DNA of 64,000 nucleotides from an uncultured SAR86 cluster bacterium (lineage in GTDB: Bacteria > Pseudomonadota > Gammaproteobacteria > Magnimaribacterales > D2472), in assembly GCA_943788365.1 (NCBI GenBank), contig CALSPZ010000001.1, forward strand, positions 905,970 through 969,969, given 5' to 3'. The position numbers and the translations under genes are program-made. Shown piece after piece: positions 57,055 to 64,000 of the stretch. Position 1 is the stretch's first letter, and each line of letters starts with the position of its first letter. The notes beneath the pieces are model-generated. The model was not told the DNA's origin. It made no database searches and saw only the letters and a program-made list of their open reading frames with translations.

Positions 57055-57270
57055 ATGTTAAAAATACTTATTATAGTTGTAGTAGTTCTTCTTCTGATCT
57101 CGCTTGGCGCTAGCTTAGTATTTTTATTAATAGATCAAGGCAAAACTGATAGCAAAAGAACTGTTTATGCTCTTGGTGCTAGAGTCACTTTTGCGGTAAT
57201 TTTGATACTACTGGTCATTTACGGCCTATACACTGGCGAACTTGGAAACTCTGTTCCCTGGCAGCGCTAA
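57055..57270 (+). CDS. twin-TM small protein (DUF2909-like) of the cox cluster
   Basis: A 71-aa protein with two hydrophobic helices, divergent between coxC and surf1 as in Pseudomonas. Confidence 0.55.
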   Translation: MLKILIIVVVVLLLISLGASLVFLLIDQGKTDSKRTVYALGARVTFAVILILLVIYGLYTGELGNSVPWQR

Positions 57271-57271
57271 G

Positions 57272-58186
57272 TTATAGTATGTAAACAAATAAAAACAGCA
57301 TAACCCAAACTACATCTACAAAATGCCAGTACCATGATGCTGCCTCAAATCCAAAATGATCATGTTGCTCAAAGTGGTTATATCGAACTGATCTTAATAA
57401 CATTATGGCGAGCATAATTCCGCCCATCATTACATGAAACCCATGAAAGCCAGTTAACATGAAGAAAGTAGACCCATATATTCCTGAGTTAAGTGTTAGC
57501 CCGTAATGTGCATATGCTTCATAATACTCAGCGATTTGAAGTCCAACAAAGATTAGAGCTAAAGTTACTGTAGCTCCCAACCATGTATTGAATTTTTTTC
57601 TATCATTATTCTTAAGACCTACATGAGCAAAATGCACTGTTACACTTGAGCTAAGTAAAACAATAGTATTCCACATTGGCAGCCATAATAGTGCATGATC
57701 CCAACCTGGAAAAGCCATGCTTTTTTCAGCCAATTCATATGCGGAGCCTGCATCTGGAGTTGTCATTACAGGCCATGTTGCTTCAAATCCTTCCCATAAA
57801 CCAATCGCCTCAACGCCAACGCCTTTTTCACCAAGGCCAGCAAGCCATGGAACAGCAAATGCTCTTACATAAAACAAAGCCCCAAAGAATGCTGCAAAAA
57901 ACATTACTTCTGAGAAAATAAACCAGGACATACCATAGACATATGATTTCTTTAACTGTGCGCTATCGAGGCCTGCAATATGTTCTTGGACAACTTTTCT
58001 AAACCAGACAAACATTGTTGCAAATAAACTAATAAATCCTACATATAAAATGTAAACGGAATTGCTGCCTTCTTCTCCTAAATTGTTAATTGTGCTTGAA
58101 GCACCCATCACTAAAAGAAATAGTGAAAAAGCCATAAATATTGGCAGCCTGCTTGAATCAGGAACATAATATGATTGACTACTCAT
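57272..58186 (-). CDS. coxC: cytochrome c oxidase subunit III
   Basis: Seven TM segments; GFHGFHV, AASWYWHFVDVVW. Confidence 0.95.
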   Translation of the reverse strand: MSSQSYYVPDSSRLPIFMAFSLFLLVMGASSTINNLGEEGSNSVYILYVGFISLFATMFVWFRKVVQEHIAGLDSAQLKKSYVYGMSWFIFSEVMFFAAFFGALFYVRAFAVPWLAGLGEKGVGVEAIGLWEGFEATWPVMTTPDAGSAYELAEKSMAFPGWDHALLWLPMWNTIVLLSSSVTVHFAHVGLKNNDRKKFNTWLGATVTLALIFVGLQIAEYYEAYAHYGLTLNSGIYGSTFFMLTGFHGFHVMMGGIMLAIMLLRSVRYNHFEQHDHFGFEAASWYWHFVDVVWVMLFLFVYIL

Positions 58187-58749
58187 TAGTTTTTCTCCAT
58201 TTGCATCTCAAGATGCGCTAAGTTTTCTTGGTTATAATCTGTGATATCAAAAATGGTATAAGAAAGTATTACATTTTTAATTTGTTTAGGTAGTTCATTA
58301 GAAATTAAGAATTTAACGGGCAACAAGGCCTCTTCCCCAGGTGCAAGCTCTTGTTGTTCAAAACAAAAACATTCTAATTTTTTTAGATGTGCTGCAGCGT
58401 TCGATGGCGCGATGCTTGGAACTGCCTGTGCTGTCATTACCTTATTTGTTGTATTCTTGACGTAAAAAGTTGCATTGTAATATTTTCCTGTCACAACCCC
58501 CATTACTTCATTAGAAGGTTGGAAAACCCATGGCATTCTTTCATTGTTTGAAGAAATAAATTGAACGGCGACGTCTCTTCCCTCTTCTGCCATGAACTCT
58601 TGAGAATTTTCAGATTGAAAAACCTTGCCGTTAATTCCTGTTACTTCGCAAAATACATTATATAAAGGCACTAAAGCAAAAGAGAAAAAAAACATTGCTA
58701 TGACAGTCAATCCAAGGAACTTAACTGTTGTCTTACCTTTATCTTTCAT
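58186..58749 (-). CDS. ctaG: cytochrome c oxidase assembly protein CtaG/Cox11
   Basis: N-terminal TM segment, YNVFCEVTG, KLECFCFEQQ. Confidence 0.9.
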   Translation of the reverse strand: MKDKGKTTVKFLGLTVIAMFFFSFALVPLYNVFCEVTGINGKVFQSENSQEFMAEEGRDVAVQFISSNNERMPWVFQPSNEVMGVVTGKYYNATFYVKNTTNKVMTAQAVPSIAPSNAAAHLKKLECFCFEQQELAPGEEALLPVKFLISNELPKQIKNVILSYTIFDITDYNQENLAHLEMQMEKN

Positions 58750-58752
58750 TTG

Positions 58753-60336
58753 CTAGTCAACCTTAGGTGGAGTTCCAAAAGTATGATACGGAGCGGGTGA
58801 GGCAACAGTCCACTCTAAGCCTCTTGCGCCTTCCCATACTTGGTCAGTTGCTTTTTTCCCACCCATGACTGTTTTTATAACAATGAATAGGAAAAATACT
58901 TGAGAGAAACCAAATAAAAATGCACCTACAGTCGAAACCATGTTCCAGTCTGCAAACTGAAGGGCATAGTCTGGATATCTTCTTGGCATTCCGGCCAATC
59001 CAATAAAGTGCTGCGGGAAGAAGGTTACGTTAACTCCAATAAATGATAGCCAGAAGTGAAGCTTTCCAAGCCTCTCATCGTACATATTTCCTGACCACTT
59101 AGGAATCCAGTAATATACTGCCGCCATTATTGAAAATATTGCTCCGGGCACTAATACATAATGGAAGTGAGCAACAACAAAATAAGTGTCATGATATTGG
59201 AAATCAGCAGGGGTTATGGCAAGCATAAGACCTGAGAAACCACCAAGAGTAAATAGGACAACAAATGCACATGCAAATAGCATTGGTGTTTCAAAGGTTA
59301 TTGATCCTCTGAACATAGTTGCAATCCAGTTAAATACTTTAACTCCGGTTGGAACTGCTATAAGCATAGTAGCCCACATGAAAAATAACTCAGCTGCTAA
59401 CGGCATTCCTACTGTGAACATATGATGAGCCCAAACAACAAAAGATAATATTGCAATTGATAACATTGCCCATACCATTGACGAGTATCCAAATAGTTGT
59501 TTTCTTGAGAATGTTTCAATTATATGAGAAACAATTCCAAAAGCTGGAAGAATCATAATATACACTTCAGGATGGCCAAAAAACCAGAATATATGCTGAA
59601 ATAGTACTGGATCTCCACCACCTGCAGCATTAAAGAAACTTGTTCCAAAATGTATATCCATAAGCATCATTGTTACTGCCCCAGCTAACACAGGCATAAC
59701 GGCAATAAGTAAATATGCAGTTATAAGCCAAGACCATACGAATAGAGGCATTTTCATTAAATCCATTCCGGGTGCTCTCATGTTCATGATTGTCACAATG
59801 ACATTAATAGCTCCCATAATAGAAGATGCTCCCATTATGTGAACAGAAAATATAAAAAAGGTTACGCTTGGAGGAGCATAGGTAGTAGAAAGCGGTGCAT
59901 AAAATGTCCAACCAAAATTAGGAGCTCCACCTTCCATAAATAAAGATGAAAGGAGAATAAAGAAGGCAAATGGTAGTATCCAAAAGCTTAAATTATTCAT
60001 TCTGGGCAAAGCCATATCAGGAGCGCCAATCATCATAGGCACAAGCCAGTTAGCAAGACCAACAAAAGCAGGCATGACTCCGCCGAAAATCATTATTAAA
60101 CCATGGAGTGTAATCATTTGATTATAAAACTCAGGTTCGACGATTTGCATTCCTGGCTGGAATAACTCAGCACGAATAATCATGGCCATGGCTCCACCAA
60201 TTAAGAACATGGCAAATGAGAACCATAAATATAGAGTTCCTATATCCTTATGATTAGTTGTATATAACCATCTTGTTAAACCTTTAGCAGGCCCATGATG
60301 GTGATCGTCGTGATGGTTTTCAATAACTGCGCTCAT
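58753..60336 (-). CDS. coxA: cytochrome c oxidase subunit I (aa3 type)
   Basis: [24 protein letters not shown] and HHMFTVG motifs; 527 aa. Confidence 0.95.
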   Translation of the reverse strand: MSAVIENHHDDHHHGPAKGLTRWLYTTNHKDIGTLYLWFSFAMFLIGGAMAMIIRAELFQPGMQIVEPEFYNQMITLHGLIMIFGGVMPAFVGLANWLVPMMIGAPDMALPRMNNLSFWILPFAFFILLSSLFMEGGAPNFGWTFYAPLSTTYAPPSVTFFIFSVHIMGASSIMGAINVIVTIMNMRAPGMDLMKMPLFVWSWLITAYLLIAVMPVLAGAVTMMLMDIHFGTSFFNAAGGGDPVLFQHIFWFFGHPEVYIMILPAFGIVSHIIETFSRKQLFGYSSMVWAMLSIAILSFVVWAHHMFTVGMPLAAELFFMWATMLIAVPTGVKVFNWIATMFRGSITFETPMLFACAFVVLFTLGGFSGLMLAITPADFQYHDTYFVVAHFHYVLVPGAIFSIMAAVYYWIPKWSGNMYDERLGKLHFWLSFIGVNVTFFPQHFIGLAGMPRRYPDYALQFADWNMVSTVGAFLFGFSQVFFLFIVIKTVMGGKKATDQVWEGARGLEWTVASPAPYHTFGTPPKVD

Positions 60337-60351
60337 ATTTACCTTCCCTGT

Positions 60352-61494
60352 TTAAATTTTTGGTTTTTTATAATCAACAATATCTTTAGGAGAAACAATT
60401 TCTCCGTCGCCATCTTTGGCATTACCCCATGATTGTCTTGTATAAGTTATTACAGAGGCTAGCTCAACCTCGGATAGATAGTCAAAAGAGTTCATGGCTG
60501 CGCCCTGAACACCTTCCATTAAAATTTCTATGTTTTTGGCTTTATCATTTAAAACTATATCGCTTCCAGCAAGTGCTGGGAAAATACCCGGTATGCCCTG
60601 CCCATTAGTTTGATGGCAAGCAACACAATTGGTTGCGTATACTGCTTCACCTCTTTCAACCAGTTCTGCAGTGGTCCATTCTTTTTCAGTAAGTTCAGCA
60701 AGTTTAAATGCCGCGTCTTTTTTATCGCTTACCCATAAATCATACTCATCCTGCTCTACAACCTTAACCACAATAGGCATAAATCCATGATTTTTTCCAC
60801 ATAACTCTGTACATTTGCCTCGATAAGTTCCAACCTGATCAACTTTTGTCCAAGCAGTATTTACGAATCCTGGAATAGCATCTTGTTTAATTGCAAATGC
60901 TGGAACCCACCATGAATGAATAACGTCATTGGCTGTAATTAAAAATCTAACTTTTTTTCCTACGGGTATAACTACTGCTTCATCAACTTCTTGCAAATAA
61001 TTTTCTCCTTTTGGTACCAGGTTATATATCTCATCCATATCAGTGGATAGATTAGAAAAAAAGCTTACGCCGTCTTCTAAATATCTGTATTGCCATTTCC
61101 ATTGAAATCCAGTTACCTGGATATTTACATCACCAGCTGTATCGTCATACATTTTTGTTAATGTCTTAGACGCTGGCACAGCCATAGCAATTAGTATTAG
61201 AAATGGAATTACTGTCCAAGCTATTTCAACTTTAGTGCTTTCGTGGAAAGTTGCTGCTACTGGATTTTTTTTCTTTGTATGGGCAAACATTGAATAGAAC
61301 ATTACGCTGAACACAACTACTCCGATTGCTACGCATATCCAGAAAATAAGCATATGAAGATTAAAAACCTCTTGGCTTATTGCTGTTGCTCCCTCTGTCA
61401 TGTTTAGGGCAAACCAATCAGCTTTGACTGGGTTCGAGAATAAAGATATTGTGAGTAAAAATCCGGTCAGCTTGTTTATTAAGTTTGATAGCAT
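60352..61494 (-). CDS. coxB: cytochrome c oxidase subunit II with fused C-terminal cytochrome c domain
   Basis: VIHSWWVP, CuA site CTELCGKNHGFM, and C-terminal CVACHQ haem site. Confidence 0.95.
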   Translation of the reverse strand: MLSNLINKLTGFLLTISLFSNPVKADWFALNMTEGATAISQEVFNLHMLIFWICVAIGVVVFSVMFYSMFAHTKKKNPVAATFHESTKVEIAWTVIPFLILIAMAVPASKTLTKMYDDTAGDVNIQVTGFQWKWQYRYLEDGVSFFSNLSTDMDEIYNLVPKGENYLQEVDEAVVIPVGKKVRFLITANDVIHSWWVPAFAIKQDAIPGFVNTAWTKVDQVGTYRGKCTELCGKNHGFMPIVVKVVEQDEYDLWVSDKKDAAFKLAELTEKEWTTAELVERGEAVYATNCVACHQTNGQGIPGIFPALAGSDIVLNDKAKNIEILMEGVQGAAMNSFDYLSEVELASVITYTRQSWGNAKDGDGEIVSPKDIVDYKKPKI

Positions 61495-61625
61495 TTCTTG
61501 TCCTGTGGGTTTACGTTTCTTATAAAATATAATTTATTAATAAAGCATTATAAGCCTTTTTTATATTATAACCTAGGCTTTGGGTCAATTATGGCGCGTA
61601 TAATATACTTTTGTTGGTGTTAATT

Positions 61626-61826
61626 CTAGTTTTTGGAGCTATTAAGGCCATCAATATTAATGGCTTTTATTGTGTTGGTTTTGCTATTTGGATCTTTGGG
61701 TCTATTTTCTTTAAATGAGCATTTAACACAATAAATCATATCGTCGTCTTTGCTAATTGCTATGGTGTCCAATTTTTTGCACTTTGGGCAGATTGCTCCG
61801 GCTATAAATTGAATAAAAGCAGCCAT
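61626..61826 (-). CDS. yheV: YheV-family zinc-ribbon protein
   Basis: FIAGAICPKCKKLDT...YCVKCSF compares with E. coli YheV RFIAGAKCPACQAQD...ECVKCGH. Confidence 0.75.
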   Translation of the reverse strand: MAAFIQFIAGAICPKCKKLDTIAISKDDDMIYCVKCSFKENRPKDPNSKTNTIKAINIDGLNSSKN

Positions 61827-62639
61827 CTATAAAGCCTTGATATCTTCTAAAACTTGTTCTGTTTTTGGCTTAACTCCAAACCAAATATCAAAAGAGTAGG
61901 CTGCCTGATTTACTAACATGCCAATACCATCAAAAACTCTGGGTGAGGCCTGAATGGCCCATTCACAAAATGGCGTGGTTTCAAGAGAGTAGTTCAGATC
62001 ATAAAAAGCTGTTGTTTCTTTTGTATTAAGCTCAACAGGTTGAAATTTTCCAGTAAGCCCAGCGGAACTTCCATTTATTACCACATCTGGCGAATTTAAA
62101 TCATCGCTAGATAATAGATGGATATTGCTGAAGAGGTTTTTGTATTTATTTATAAGGCTTTCTGCCTTAGATACAGTTCTATTAGCTATAAGAATTTTTT
62201 TTGGTTTTTCAGAAATAATTTTATATAAAATACTTTCTGATGCGCTCCCGGCTCCAATTATTAAAACCTCTTTATCATTTATATAAATATTTTTTGATTT
62301 AAGGTCGTCTATAAAGCCAAGGCCATCTGTGCTATCAAGCATTATCTTATTATTTATTTTATTTATTGTATTAACTGCGCAAATTGTAGATGCCTCTTTT
62401 GATATATCCCCACTTAACCTAGATGCTTGATGCTTAAAAGGAAGGGTTATGTTCAAACCCTTGGACTCCCTAGATTCAAAAAAGTTATTAACGAATTCTT
62501 CAAAAGAATCTGGCTCTGTTTTATAGGCTTTATATGAAATATTAATTTTTTCATTTATCGCAAATCTTGAGTGAATAAAGGGTGAAAGTGAGTGTTCGAT
62601 TGGGTTACCAACAACTCCTAATCTATATATTTTAGACAT
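61827..62639 (-). CDS. aroE: shikimate dehydrogenase
   Basis: GNPIEHSLSP, LNITLPFK, DSTDG, GAGSAS and ANRT motifs. Confidence 0.9.
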   Translation of the reverse strand: MSKIYRLGVVGNPIEHSLSPFIHSRFAINEKINISYKAYKTEPDSFEEFVNNFFESRESKGLNITLPFKHQASRLSGDISKEASTICAVNTINKINNKIMLDSTDGLGFIDDLKSKNIYINDKEVLIIGAGSASESILYKIISEKPKKILIANRTVSKAESLINKYKNLFSNIHLLSSDDLNSPDVVINGSSAGLTGKFQPVELNTKETTAFYDLNYSLETTPFCEWAIQASPRVFDGIGMLVNQAAYSFDIWFGVKPKTEQVLEDIKAL

Positions 62640-63534
62640 TCCAATCTCTATTGATATTTTTTATTAGTTTTTTTTCCCTTAGCTCCATTATTTTATCTTT
62701 TTTATACTTCCATGATGCATTTAAGGGGAGGGAAGCAAGTATTGAGGGTATTCTTCCATTGGACTGAAGACCAAAAGCTGTTCCCCTATCATTTACTAAA
62801 TTAAATTCTACATACCTACCCCTTCTAAGACTTTGAAATTCTTTATCTTCTTTAGAAAACGATGTCTTGGTTCTTCTTTTAATTATCTCAGAATATGAAT
62901 TTGCATATGATTGAGCTATTGCAGCAAGCATTTCTATGCTTTTTTCAATTGAAATATGCTTTGTATTGTCAAAAAATATTCCGCCAACGCCTCTTCTTTC
63001 TTTTCTATGAGGTATATAGAAATAATCATTACAATTTTGAGAAAAGCTATCATAATATTTTTTGTTATATGACCTTAATGACTCTTTTGCTTCAGAATGC
63101 CATAGGTCTATATCTTCATTAAATATAATGTAAGGAGTTAAATCATAGCCACCTCCAATCCACCAGTCTTTAATTCTCTTATTTTTATCTAATATGCAGA
63201 ACAGCCTTACATTCATATGGCTGGTTGGGATGTTTGGGTTATTTGGGTGAGTGATAACAGAAACACCCATCGCCTGGTACCCATATCTAGTGGATTTTAC
63301 TATTGAGTTTCCTATTGCTGATTTTGGTAACTTAGATCCGAAAATAGAGGAAAAATTGACAGCACAGTTATCAAAAAAAGAGCCATCTTGAATTACAAAT
63401 GTTTTACCGCCACCGCCCTCCGGTCTTTTCCAAGAGTCTGAAATTATTGAGGCATTTTTTGATTTTTCACAGTCAGTAAATAAATCAATAATGTCGGCTT
63501 GAATGGATTTAAATTTCTTTTCAAAATCTTTCAT
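62632..63534 (-). CDS. hemF: oxygen-dependent coproporphyrinogen III oxidase
   Basis: W.RPEGGGGKT, WWIGGGYDLTP, RRGVGGIFFD and RGRYVEFNLV..DRGT.FGL motifs. Confidence 0.95.
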   Translation of the reverse strand: MKDFEKKFKSIQADIIDLFTDCEKSKNASIISDSWKRPEGGGGKTFVIQDGSFFDNCAVNFSSIFGSKLPKSAIGNSIVKSTRYGYQAMGVSVITHPNNPNIPTSHMNVRLFCILDKNKRIKDWWIGGGYDLTPYIIFNEDIDLWHSEAKESLRSYNKKYYDSFSQNCNDYFYIPHRKERRGVGGIFFDNTKHISIEKSIEMLAAIAQSYANSYSEIIKRRTKTSFSKEDKEFQSLRRGRYVEFNLVNDRGTAFGLQSNGRIPSILASLPLNASWKYKKDKIMELREKKLIKNINRDWNV

Positions 63535-63535
63535 A

Positions 63536-64000
63536 TTATCGTCTTAAAATCTTTTTGCTCTCTAGGTCAATTATAGTGCTTGGTTTCATTTCGCTACCAA
63601 GCTTTTCATCATAGTATGCAAGGTTATCGTTAGCAAAAAAATCCAAAATTTTCTGAGGTGAGTCAATTGGTGGTTCTCCAGAGAGATTGGCAGAAGTTGA
63701 AACAAATAAACCATCAAACTCTTTTAATAAAGCTTTTATAGGATAGTGATTACTTACTCTAAATGCTAACTTGCCGGTACTATTTTTAAGATGTATGGGC
63801 ACTGAACTATTATAGTTAATCACAAATGTAACAGGTCCTGGCCAAGCATTATTTAGTAAAGTTTCATCCTCTAAAGAGAGGGTTTCTGTATATTTTTTTA
63901 TAGATTCAAGCGACCTGCATAGAAGGATAAAACTCTTTTTTTTATCTCTTTTTTTAAGCAAAAAAAGTTTTGAATAGGCATCAAAATCTAAAGCATTGCA
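63536..64000 (-). CDS. tsaC: L-threonylcarbamoyladenylate synthase TsaC/YrdC (N-terminus beyond window end)
   Basis: WPGPVTF and STSANLSGEPP motifs. The frame stays open upstream of the track's TTG start to base 64000 (..NALDFDAYSKLFLLKKRDKKK..). tsaC-hemF-aroE synteny supports the call. Confidence 0.85.
   Translation of the reverse strand, partial: CNALDFDAYSKLFLLKKRDKKKSFILLCRSLESIKKYTETLSLEDETLLNNAWPGPVTFVINYNSSVPIHLKNSTGKLAFRVSNHYPIKALLKEFDGLFVSTSANLSGEPPIDSPQKILDFFANDNLAYYDEKLGSEMKPSTIIDLESKKILRR

Noticed and set aside
1-64000. Search for CRISPR arrays, transposases/IS ends, phage integrases, toxin-antitoxin pairs, tRNA/rRNA genes or defence-island gene content.
   Set aside because: None were seen. 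The only tyrosine recombinase is chromosomal xerC in its conserved dapF-yigA-xerC-yigB context. Every gap over 100 bp is accounted for by 6S RNA, the candidate leader/sRNA, lptM or AT-rich promoter regions.

Overview
This is a low-GC, very gene-dense stretch of a gammaproteobacterial chromosome. Gene order matches Pseudomonas/E. coli core synteny blocks: yjeF-tsaE-amiB, priA/rpmE, pepP-ubiH/zapA-ssrS-ygfA, miaB-ybeZ-ybeY-corC-lnt, ubiE-ubiJ-ubiB-tatABC, tkt-pgk-fba, lptM-lysA-dapF-yigA-xerC-yigB, polA/engB/cc4/dsbA, and a complete aa3 cytochrome oxidase biogenesis cluster. It looks like a streamlined marine gammaproteobacterium, but taxonomy cannot be verified from the sequence alone.

I call about 75 protein genes, one 6S RNA and one candidate small RNA or leader. 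I saw no rRNA, tRNA, CRISPR array, transposase, integrase-flanked island or obvious defence locus, and no convincing novel multi-gene system.

The most interesting items are:
- An orphan promoter, C-rich-loop hairpin and terminator module, followed by a 28-aa membrane-peptide ORF, upstream of gpx (about 17100-17319, minus strand).
- A membrane-anchored paraoxonase (PON)-like lactonase with a full set of PON motifs, next to an alpha/beta hydrolase (1-2158).
- A short Coq4-like protein carrying the HDxxH-x11-E motif, start/stop-overlapped with engB (45257-45775).
- Single-base frameshifts in two normally essential genes, pgk and dsbA. The dsbA one lies in an A7 tract.
- A perfect 19-bp palindrome filling the spacer of the rpmB promoter.

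Several short genes are missing from the ORF track: tatA, an lptM-like lipoprotein and 6S RNA. Several ORF-track starts appear over-extended and are corrected in the feature list.
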